Positions 50,101 through 60,792 of a stretch of 64,000 nucleotides of DNA are shown here, in pieces. Under the pieces are notes generated by a model. That model was not told where the DNA came from. It saw nothing but the letters and a program-made list of their open reading frames with translations, and did not search any database. This stretch comes from Lama glama. Taxonomy: Eukaryota. Location of the stretch: the NCBI GenBank assembly GCA_028534125.1, contig CM052816.1:75208001-75272000 (forward strand), read 5' to 3'. How positions within the stretch are numbered: the first letter of the stretch is position 1; the number at the start of each line of letters is the position of its first letter. A program made the position numbers and the translations under genes.

Positions 50101-52160
50101 ATTTACAAGCTCTTAATATAAACTTTCAAAGATACTGTGACTCCATATATGGCCATTTAGCACTCAGTATAAATATTAAATAATTATTTAATAGAATGCA
50201 TTTTTGTATTTTAGAAATTTGTTATTTTGCTACAGTAACTGTAAAAAATTCTTTATATATATTGGCAGAAATCTCTGAAAATGTATTCTTAGTATTTTTG
50301 TCAAATATTATTTTTCAAACTATATTTTATATATAATTATTAATTATATAATTATTTTGCATATAATTATATGCAGTAATTAAGTAAAATTATACTATTG
50401 TCTATATGGGAAAGTAACAAAATATTCTGTCTTATTAAATGCGGAACACATTAAGATAATTAAGCAGTCATTTGGGCACTTCATGTATAGTGGACAAAAT
50501 GAGACCTATGTAATAGGCTTGACTTTTTTTATTAGAAACGTATGCATTTTCTTCTGCTTTTTAAAAAAAAGACCAACATTTGGATAAAAAAATACACACA
50601 CTTCAGTCAATTTAAAAGAGAAAGATTTTAGAGTATAAATAATAAATGCAATGATTACAACACATATAGATTCAAGGAAATTAATTTTCAACAGTGTATG
50701 CAGATAGTAATTAGACAACCAGAGGGTGTGTTTCCCTTTAATTTAGGATAGTCTATGTTTGTAAAGTTTTAATTTTACTACAATTTCCCTGCAAGTTGTA
50801 TATAAGGAAATACAACATCCCCACAACATATATATATTATATATATGTATATATATATACAAAATATGTATGTGTGTACTTCCATACATACAACTTGAGT
50901 GAAATAGGAGAATTTAAATCATTCCATTTATTTTGTATCTAGGTTACTAATAAGCAAGTTGGGAAAAATATTAGTTAGTTCATTCAATCATTAGTGATTT
51001 CTAAAATCTGAATTGACTGGTTGATTGACTATATTATATAATTAATTTAATATATCAAAGTATTATGAATTAAATATTATCATATATGAAATTTACTTTA
51101 AAACCATTCACTTTGGAAGAGAAGTGTGAAAAAATAAAAATTCCCGTGAGCTGATAATTGAGTGTGAGTGAAGAGCATGGGAAGTTTTATTAACTGTTCT
51201 CTCCACTTTTGCAACAGTGTGAAATTTTTCTTGGTAAAATGTTTTAACAGACACCAAGTCAGAAGATAACTGTGGCTGTAAACTATGAAAAAATTTTTGT
51301 TACTTACCACCAGGACAGTGTAGTCACAGCTTTGCAACAGCTGGCCATGATAAACTCACACCCAGAGCAAATTATGAATCTCTTCATGTTCAGCACTAGA
51401 GTTGTGGACAGCTACTCCGAGCGAACATAGTTCATGGCTTAGAAGCACGATCCCCTAAATTCATGCATTTGTTAAGACAAATGCAGGATTTGGGCAAAGG
51501 TGAGGTCTTAAATGATGCTAGACTGGTGGTCAGAAAAATGCATAAGTACAAAGAGTCACTGTCTCTAATTCTTGTTTTCCAAAGCTGAGCATTGCTTAGA
51601 GCTCCCTGAACAGCCAGATAGTTGTCCTGCCTCTTACACTGTGTCCAGATTCCTGACACTATCTTCCACAGCTGATCTGCAGTTCTAGGACTAGGGCTAG
51701 ACTGAGAGCTCATTATCTGACATTTCTTCTCAGAATCTCTTTCTCTAACGTGTTAGTGGTGTCCCACAGTATTACCCTTGCCTGTCAGACAGCCTTAGAT
51801 ATAGATGAATGCCTTTGGGGTTTGCAAGAAGAGACTGGAAAGAAATGCAAATTGAGTGAGTTATTCTGCAACAGGGATTATCATTGCTTCTGTATACCTT
51901 AGGATCTATTATGGGAATGGCAGGAGGATACAAATGGTTTTGCAGGGCATACCTGTGCAAGAACACTCATTAGCTTGCACATGCAGGCATACAATTTGCT
52001 TTATTGCATCAGTCTGTTCATGCCATAAAATGTAAGTGAAAATCTTATTGGTGGGGAGTACATGTCAAAGTTGGATATGACACCTATCATTTGCAAAGCT
52101 ACTAAACTAGAACTCTTGGAGCTCCAAATAAATTAGATTGCACTGTGTCCTTTTACTTAT

Positions 52161-52725
52161 TGTCAGGAAAGAGAAAAATAGTCCCTGACATCTAGGGATT
52201 CTGGTATTATCAGCCAGGCTCTGGTGTTCACCTGCTGAACATAAGTACATTCATAGAACATCAACATTAGACAAGGTCATTTCGTGACCTTGAGCAATAT
52301 CAACACAAAAGAACATGAGCCTTCTGTAATCACATCTGAAAATAGACAAAACATTAATATTGTCCATTCCCCAAAAAATGATCTGATATGCCTTACTCTA
52401 ATGAGTGATTCCTGCTTCTTAACTTATTATTAGCTCTAGTCTTAGTCTAGTCTCTTCTCCTTGATAAGATTTATCAAGATACTCATTGAATTACCACACC
52501 CATCACTTCCTGACAGCATCCAAATCAAAGCAAAGCCCCACGTTCTTAAATCCTCCCTCAAATCACCTAACATAAGAGCAAGTCCTATAATAAGTTCTTT
52601 CTAACACGCTCTTACTGATATGTCCCAGGGTTCCCATAAGGTGTATTCTTCCTTGCTGCAAAAAGTGATAAATTCAATTTGTATAATTTCAGGTGTTCCT
52701 GGCAATCATTGACTGGAGGATGAAC
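52161..52725 (+). mobile_element. ERV1-type solo LTR (MER67-like, tentative)
   Basis: Starts tgtcagga..gaaaaatagtccctgac. Contains cttcctgacagcatccaa..aaagcaaagcccc, a TATA-like cctataataag, and ccttgctgcaa...gataaa near the end. Confidence 0.7.
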
Positions 52726-52807
52726 TATTACTAAAGGGTTATAATGGGGACTTTATAATTGATAAAACAAGTGTGGCTCTTCTCTCCAACAGGGTCATTG
52801 GCTATTA

Positions 52808-53285
52808 GTTTTTAAAATTGTGATTAAAATACACATAACACAAAATTTACCATCTTAACTATTTTTAAGCATATGATTCAATGGCATTAAGTACATTTAC
52901 ATTATTGTGCAACTACTACCACTATCTATCCATCTCCAGAACTTATCACAATCCTAAATGGAACCTCTGCATCCGTCCTCATTCTCCACTCTCCCAGCCC
53001 CTGATACTACTGTCCTACTTTCTGTCACTATGAATTTCATTATTTTAGGTACTTTACATAAGTGGAATCAGAGAATGTTTGTCTTTTTATATCTTAGTTA
53101 TTTCATTTAGCATAATGTCTTCAGAGTTCATCTATGTTGTAGCAGGTACCAAATTATTCCTCCTATTTAAGGCTGAATAATATTCCATTGTATGATTATA
53201 CCACTTTATCCATTTATCTTTCAATGGATATTTGTGTTGTTTCTACCTTTTTGCAATTGTGGATAATGCTACTATGAACACTGGT
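52808..53285 (-). mobile_element. L1MB-like 3' end
   Basis: aaaatacacataacacaaaatttaccatcttaac...ggcattaagtacatt...ttaaggctgaataatattccattg...gataatgctactatgaaca. Confidence 0.92.
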
Positions 53286-53301
53286 ATAATTATGGTCATA
53301 A

Positions 53302-53456
53302 TTTTTAAATTATTTTTAAAATTTTTCATTTATTTATTTTTATTGGGGGAGGTAATTAGATTCATTTGTTTATTTTTAGAGGAGGTACTGGGGATTGAAC
53401 CCAGGACCTTGTGCATGCTAAGCATGCACTCTACTACTTGAGCTATACCCTCCCCC
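53302..53456 (-). mobile_element. tRNA-Ala-derived SINE (camelid vic-1-like)
   Basis: Reverse complement: gggggagggtatagctcaagtagtagagtgcatgcttagcatgcacaaggtcctgggttcaatccccagtacctcc...taattacctcccccaataaa plus an A-rich tail. Confidence 0.92.
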
Positions 53457-53904
53457 TTATTATTTTTTTTTTAGCAATGAGAAGTAGAATGTTTCCAGGA
53501 TTTTTCTGATTCTACATATAGACCTAAAGCAGTCTCCCTCTTTCTTCCCAGGCTACCCTCCACTCCCAGCAATCCTCATGCTCTGAGAAATCAAACACTG
53601 TGCTAGTGATGACCCCTGGAAATATAGAATAATATACCATGTTATTTCCAAGTGTGATCATTAACTTTACCAAGATAGCAATAAGGATGGAAAGAATTAG
53701 AAGAGACAGTATAAAGAGGTGAAACAATTCTGAAACAATTTTTCTTTCAAAATGTATTTTCAAAACTGAGTTATAAGTCTTTTGCTATGTAGTGAAATAC
53801 TAAAAAATTGGCATGCTAAAGGAGTGCCTTTGACATTGAAGTGAGAGATAAAGCTAAATCATTTATTTATTCAGCCATTAAGCTATCATTTGCCACTTTC
53901 ACCT

Positions 53905-54530
53905 AAACTCAGTGAGTTCAGGGACTTGCTGCTCTATCTTCTCTCTGGGACAGAGCACATAATAGACACTCAATAAATATTTATGAAATAAGTAAGTAAA
54001 TGAATGATTATAATGAGTCCTTATTATGTCTCTAGGCATTGTAAGAAGCATTATAGGTATCAGATAACATCATCTCAGTCCACATAAAGCTTTAAAGCTA
54101 GCTAGGGAATTAGAAACACACTACAAGTTAGCTATAAACAAACTTAAATAAGTGTGCGGAAAAGGGAAAGATTACTTCTACTTTCGGATAGTAATAGAGG
54201 CTTCAGAATGAACCAGTTTGAAATGAAAGAATCTTAACTGGTGAAAACACGGAAGTGTAGAGTTAATAGCATGAGCAAAGGCATAGTGGTATGAAGAAGT
54301 GTAAGAATAAACTATAGTTTATTGAGCTTCCATTCTGTTCAATGAACTTCAAGTTCTTCACTTCATTTAAGCTTCATAGTGCCTTCCGTTTCCCCACCCC
54401 CAGGAGGAAATAATTATTCTTCATGCTTCAGTTAAGGAAATCAAGAAACACATAGTAATTAACTGGGAAAACCTGAATTTGAATCCAGGCCTTCAGATCC
54501 CATAGCCTGTGATTCCAGCCACTTGACTGT
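53905..54530. mobile_element. Cluster of old L2 (+ tail, then -) and MIR (-) fragments
   Basis: gcacataatagacactcaataaatattt...gaatga; gcatgagcaaaggca; tttgaatccagg. Confidence 0.6.
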
Positions 54531-55478
54531 ATTTAGTACTAATTAGCTTATTTGGGGCTGGCATATAAGGTGTGGATGTAGGGGAAAAGAAGAGGGGCAC
54601 AACTGAAGACTCTGCAGGGCCAAAGTGGTGGACAGAAGTGGAAGTTGTCACTTTTTTTCTGCTTTGAATTTAAGTGTAAAAAGCATTTTTATATGTTTAA
54701 AATACAGTAAAGTTCTTTTGATGGAATATCTAGGTAGAGGTTGTAGATAATAATAAAAAAAGCATTGATTAATAGTAGTTTTTACAAAGATTCTTTATTG
54801 TCCTTTTGTATGTATTTTCTTTAAGTCTGACTCTACAAATACATATTTCTGAACATCATGTTTTTTAATGATTTGGCTAATTGTTTTAAACAGAGCTCAT
54901 CTTTTAACATATTATCCAGCTGAAATAAGAATCCTTTTTTTTAGAACATAAGTCAACATCAATTTAATTGAAAAATATAAAACATATATATCTCTAAAAA
55001 TTGAGAAATATTATGAGCTAATAAAAGAAAATACATAGTAAAGAGCCATGTATTTTCAAGATGGAGGAGGATACGAAGGAAGGAAGGAAATGTTCCAAAT
55101 GAGTAGCAATGTTTATAAACTGTATCTAGTGTGATTTTGATGGACAGCTGAGGATTACATGAATAAATTTTAATAGGATGAAACCACTTCAACAAATCAT
55201 TCTCTTTCCCTTTATGCTTAAATTTTTTTATGGTTGGCTATTCTCAACACCACAATTAAAAATCACTAGTATTTTCTCATCTCTGTTGTAATGATAAAAA
55301 TGTTGATCCATATCTTGAGTTCTCTGGATGGAGTAAAAATACTAAATATTTTCATTGTTTCTCTTGCTATTTCCAGCAGCTAGATGCATGAGAAATAACG
55401 GTGAAGGAAATAGAATCATAGAATAATAGAGTCAAAAAGGGAAATCAGTAACAAGTTCTAGTTTAGTTCACCAGTGGA

Positions 55479-55870
55479 TGTGATGGCTAATTTTATGTGT
55501 CAACTTTGCAATGCTATGATGCCCAATAGTTTTGTCAAACACTAGCGTAGATGTTGCTGTGAAGGTATTTGTGGATGTGATTGGCATATGTGATTATATG
55601 ACTTTGAATAAAGCGGATTACTTTCTACAATGTGGGTGGGCCTTGTCCAATCACTTGAAGGTCTTAAGAGCAGAGACTGAGGTTTCCTGAAGAAGAATTC
55701 TCTTCCAAGGCTGCAACAAGGAAATCCTACCTGAGTTCCCATCCTCCTGGCCTGCCTTTCAGATTTGCCAGCTCTCACAGTCACATGAGCCAATTCCTTA
55801 AAATAGATCTCTTTATATATCTATGTCTATATTTATGTCTATATTTCTGTGTCTCTGGAAAACCCTGACA
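55479..55870 (+). mobile_element. ERVL solo LTR (MLT2D-like) inserted in a MIR
   Basis: tgtgatggctaattttatgtgtcaact...tagatgttgctgtgaaggtattt...aatgtgggtgggcc...tctctggaaaaccctgaca. 5-bp TSD gtgga/gtggg. Flanks are MIR-like (agaatcatagaat...; gggaaaactaaagcctagaga). Confidence 0.9.
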
Positions 55871-56429
55871 GTGGGAAAACTAAAGCCTAGAGAAATTATA
55901 TGATTTTCCTAATGTTGTTTAGTAAGCGGCGACCGAGCTATAATAAAAAGATGGGGGGACTGGGTCATAAAATTGCCTAAAGTACTGAATAGCATTCAGA
56001 GAAAGAAATTCTGAACTATCCATTTTCAACATGGTCCTTGCTAGTGGACTGCATGCAGAGAAACGTAAAGTTTCGTGAGAAATCAATACATTAAAAAATC
56101 TGAAATTCAAAGCAGATAAAACAGAGGAGAGATTGTTTGCTTTACCAAAAGATAAAGTGTACCATTCTTTACAGAGGCAACTTATCTTAACATTTAAGGT
56201 GGTTTCATTTTTCAAAAATGCTATGTAAACTTTCAGGGACACCTAAGTTTAACACAATTGAACAGGGCATGTTTTTAAAGTGTATCTTACTAAAAAAAAA
56301 AAAACCCAGATTCAGTAATTATTTAATCTTCTTGAAAATGAAGATTAGTAAGGATAGAAATGGCAAAGAGAGGGAAATACACATATGTTGTTATCTCACT
56401 AAACACAAATCTCACATTTTGTTTGATGC

Positions 56430-56620
56430 TTTGCTGATAACAAAGCTCTTTCATATGTACTCTTCCCTGGTAGTTTCACCACAAATCTCTGAGTTACTAT
56501 TACCATTGTTATGATGGAGATTACCAGCGCTGACAGAGACTAGAGGTCTTGCTTAATAAATGACTCAGAGACAGCAACTGATTCCTGGACCTGAGCTCTA
56601 CTCATTACCCTGCACTGATG
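56430..56620 (-). mobile_element. MIR fragment
   Basis: acaaagctctttcatatg...actattaccattgttatgatggaga. Confidence 0.55.
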
Positions 56621-57799
56621 CCCACAGAGCACCAGTATTGGCCAGAAGGATGGTGTTTGTAGGTCTCTTGACCAAGGATCCCACAGTGAGCTAAACTGTC
56701 ACCCTAATAGAAAGGATGCATAAGTTCTACTGTGCTAACAGGAATATTAAGATTTACCTTGGGGGAAAAAAAATCCCAGTACATCTCTTTCTCATTCTTT
56801 AAGATAACCTTACCATGCCTTCTTGCAACTATGAATTGATTCTACAGGAGGATGGAAAATTTGATCACAACGAGAAGGCATTTTCTCTTCTCTCTCCATC
56901 TTTCCCACAGTGCTCCCTATTTGGAGTGAATATTCTTTGAGCTCTGCATCCTTGTACAATAAGCAGCCTTTAGTTTAGTTTAGTTTTTTTTTTAAGTCTT
57001 ATATGGTTTACTGAAATGCAAAGGTTATTCCCATGTTTTACAGCTTTCTCCCCTACTTTGGTTTTCATTTCCCCAACCTAATAGCGTTTACTTCAGGGAA
57101 AGGATTTATATATCACTGGGCAAGGAACAGGCACCTTTATTGCATCTACACTCACTGGGCTGCAAAGACCCCACACATTTTCAGTCCATTGCTTATCATT
57201 CCTGCTCAGGCCACCCCTGGACTCATCACATTTGTAAGATTTGATTTCTTTCCTCTTTCTCATCTGAGAGCAGGTGGACCAAGACAGTTCTTCGGAGGCT
57301 CGACAAGTGATTTCTCTTGAGGGAGGCACATTTCTAGAGTCTGCCAAGGAATGAAAATCCAGACAATGACATAGATCATTTTGAATGGTGCCAAATAAAT
57401 TCCACTAAATGCTACTGGCAATGATTACAACATGCCACTAGGAAATATGGTAATTTTCTTCTAGCATCAGGCTTCAGTCTTGTCCTGAGAGCCACAAAAA
57501 TGACAGAGAGAAGACATAAACAGCCTTCTCCATAGATATAGCATGGATTTCTCATAACAGGGAAATGAAGGGGTTGATGTGCTTCTTTACCTTGAAATGC
57601 CTAAAACAAGATGCCAGGGATTAAGTAGGAACCGCCTAGAACTTACTACTCTTTGCTGACAGCACACTTGTCAACTACTCCAAAAATTAGGCAAAGTGGT
57701 GAATAAGGACCACCATTTTGTTATAAGCAGGGCTCTGGGCCCCGACTGAGGAAAGACATAACCTGTTGTAGCTTACAAAAGGAAAAAGCTCTTTGGTAA

Positions 57800-59450
57800 G
57801 AATGGAAAGTCCTGAGAGCCGGTATGAGAGTCTGCTCCCCGGGAGGCGATAGCATCCCAAAGTCTACCAGGATTTTAGGTTCATCCACAAGACTGTTTTT
57901 TATACAAAGAAGACCAGTAAGTCACATCAAAGGGCCGAACAAGATCCTGGGCAAAGCAGCTGTGTGAACCAAGTTTTAAAAAAAAAAGATAATAGAAAGC
58001 TAAGGAACGCTGCAGAAATGGCGAGAAAAGACAGAGACGCAAAGGAGGAATAAGACGGGAGGAGGGAGTCAGAGAGGGAGGGGAGAGAGGAGAAAGCTGA
58101 GCGCGGACGTCAGGAACAAAAGCTCCAGCGGAGTCTGGCGGAGGCACTAAGGGAGCAAGGGGTGTTTTGAATAATTATTAAAATTAGCATGTGTCTGCGC
58201 CATCCTGTGGGTGTGGCGCACAGCGGAGTGTAAACTCTGGCGGGGCTGGAGCAAACATTGGATTAGCGGCAGCAGCTTGCCAGCCTGCCCGAGGAGTGAG
58301 GACCAGCGCGCGGCACGCCGACCTGCACGATGGCCTCGTCTCAAGGGAAGAACGAGCTGAAATTCGCCGACTGGATGGAAACTCTGCCGGAGAGCATCCA
58401 CAGCATTCCCCTCACCAATTTAGCCATCCCAGGTAGGCGCGCAGAGGCTGCCGACGGAGCGCTCGGCGCCCGCTTCACCTGCCCCGCCCTACTTTATCTG
58501 CCACTAAGTGGTAACTTGCCTCGATGCCCGCGGTAGGGAAACTCGTCTCCAGGGGTGGGTCTCGGGCCAGGCAAGTGCGTGCCTGGGAGCATCCGGCCTC
58601 CTGGCGTTTTTCAAATCTCTGGGGACTGTGGCGCGGGGAGTCAAGATGACTGCTTTTCCAATGGGCTTTTGAAGCAGGTTGTATGAGAAGGCTGGGGCAG
58701 GGGAAAGGCTTGGCTCTAGGATGGTCCCTCGCGTCCCTCTCCCACGGTTTTCCCCGAAGACTTGGGGTTGGGGGTGATTTCTGGGGCAGTGGGGTGGTAG
58801 TGAGCGGTGAGCGCAAGCTGCTGTCCTAAGGGCTCGGCTCCGGCTCGTGGACCTCTGGACTCCATCCCTGTCACTGAATCAAGCTGATTTGGTGTATTTC
58901 TCGGTTAGAATCTGCCAGAGTCATTAATATTCGTCCCTAGTCTCCTTTAAAGAGACAAAGCGCTTCCCGAAGAGTGATGAAAGTTCAGGGACCGGCGGCG
59001 GCGTGATCGCTGCCCTTGACCTGGAGCTGAAGGGGAAGAGGGGCGGAGGGCGCTGTTTTCTGATCTGCGTGGCCCTAGAGGGCCTGGCTAGGTGGCCACC
59101 GTCTGGACTCTGGTCCAAGGGCTCTTAGCAATGTATAGCGCGCGGGTCAGGAAAGCAAACCCTCGTGGACCATACATTTGTTGCTCGGGATAGAAGCCCG
59201 GCAGGGGAACCAGCGTGGGCAGCGGCAGAGGGGTGGAATTAACAGGTAAACCTTAGGGAAAAGATGATTGTGCCAGTGTCCAGGGAGGCTAGAAGGCAGG
59301 AAGCCTGGGCAAAGCGAGGAAGAGACTGGAGGGATCCAGGGGCTTCAGCATGGCGCACACGGCTGGCACTAGAGGAGAAGGCTGGTTTCTGGGGCAGGAG
59401 CGCGCAGCAGACCCTAGTTCAGGTGTGCAGGAGGGAGGGTCGTTTCAGGG
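57800..59450 (+). promoter_or_regulatory. PLCXD3: CpG island / promoter, 5' UTR and first-intron regulatory region of PLCXD3
   Basis: Abrupt rise in GC and CpG density against the AT-rich flanks. CRE-like GACGTCA (58106-58112), octamer-like ATTAGCAT (58183-58190), forkhead-like TGTAAAC and GCAAACA (~58229-58257), inverted CCAAT (ATTGG, 58257-58261). The TSS cannot be fixed from sequence. Confidence 0.85.
58330..58432 (+). CDS. PLCXD3: PLCXD3 coding exon 1 (PI-specific phospholipase C X-domain-containing protein 3), 103 nt, phase-1 donor
   Basis: Translates to MASSQGKNELKFADWMETLPESIHSIPLTNLAIP(G), matching the mammalian PLCXD3 N-terminus as I recall it. Strong Kozak context (acgATGG: -3 A, +4 G). 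Canonical donor CAG|GTAGGC at 58433. Lies in a CpG island. The ORF-track residues after the Gly are intron read-through. Confidence 0.97.
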
Positions 59451-60279
59451 CAGTGTAATACTACGGTGACAGCTGGGGACACAGCTATACTTCGTTGACT
59501 TTCACTTGGGCTGATGCTGCAGATGCCTGACCCCTCCAGGACTCAACTGGAGGGCAAATTACGGATAGGTAGTCCACCCCCTGCCCCAGGTTGAGCCCGG
59601 TTATCAAGTTTAACCTTCCGGTCTATCTCTCTAGATCTGCCCCCATCCAGCGCCCCCTCTCAGACACTAGGGGAAATCATAGTTTTTGAAAAAATTTTTT
59701 TAAAAAGGAAAAGCCCCCTCCCTGCCAAATCCCAAGAGTCTCTAACCAGCAGCGCTGGAACTGATTAGTAACTCAAATCAATGGCCATGAGTCAAGTGGA
59801 TGTTTGGCGGTTATGGTAGCCACAGGCTGCACTCTGAGCACCAATCATGGAAGGGAAGGGTTTGTCTTCTCTTGCCCTTCTTCAAGGGGTAGCTTCCCAA
59901 GAGCCCAAGTATCTCCAAGGAAAAGGACAACCTAGCTTCTCCACTCTGCATGTACCCAGCTCCCGGGGTAAGCCTAGGGATTGCTCTTTTGAAGGAGATA
60001 ATAGAAGGTACACAACTTTGTTTGCAAAATTCCACTCTCACTTCTATCCTTTTTTCCTCCTTCTTCTTTTTTTTCTAGACAGTTACTTTCACATGGTCTC
60101 ACCTGAGCACTTACGCATACATAAAAGGTTCAGGGCAAGGCTTGGATGCCAGCCTTCTGATAGGTAACTCTCCAGAGACAAAGTGAGGTTTAAAACCTAA
60201 GTTCACATTGTGAGTTCTGAGGGATGGTGTGACACCATGTCTGAATCTATCTTAACGTTTTTAGCGTGCTTCACTTTTC

Positions 60280-60410
60280 ATAGCCCTAGTATGTACCCCA
60301 AATCACATACTCTTTCCCCAAACCTTGTGAAGTAAGTAATGCTGGTATTATTAATTCTGCTTCACAGATGTAAAAATTACACCTCAGTGAAGGCAAATGA
60401 CCTCCTATCA
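60280..60410 (-). mobile_element. MIR fragment (intronic)
   Basis: aaccttgtgaagtaag...gctggtattatta...ttcacagatg.aaaa...aaggcaaatgacct. Confidence 0.65.
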
Positions 60411-60752
60411 GTTTAGTGATATGACCCCTAAAGTGGTTAGAAAGGATCTCCCAGGAATTTTGAAGGAAATGCTTTGGGGTTCGTATCTGGCTGATTCAGC
60501 AGCAACAAGCGCTAATCAGGGTGAAAGGACGAGGAAATAGGCATTAGTAGGAACAGGGCAGTCTTACTTTTCTCCCCAAAGTAAAAAACTGAGGTCAGAG
60601 ACTTTGATATCCTGGTTGTCCTACAGTAGAAATGTAATGATGTTAGTACTGGATGCAGTGGGAATTTCCACTGCTTTCCCAGCCCCTCTTAGTATTACCC
60701 TCAAAGTGGATCCCCTGCAAAGCCTTCCATTCTCACCCTTAATACTTATGAG

Positions 60753-60754
<2 letters not shown>

Positions 60755-60790
<36 letters not shown>
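60755..60790. repeat. (AC)18 perfect microsatellite in intron 1
   Basis: Uninterrupted AC repeat. Confidence 0.98.

Positions 60791-60792
<2 letters not shown>

Noticed and set aside
58433..58536. Continuation of the 68-aa ORF after ...LAIPG
   Set aside because: Lies beyond a canonical donor and does not match the PLCXD3 continuation. It is intron read-through.
57881..58816. Antisense ORFs across the CpG island
   Set aside because: Stop-poor GC-rich sequence gives such ORFs by chance, and there is no recognisable homology.
58817..58837. Degenerate canonical-spacing RE1 (gctgctgtcctaagggctcgg)
   Set aside because: One half is good, but the GGTGCTGA half has several mismatches. Expected by chance in GC-rich DNA.
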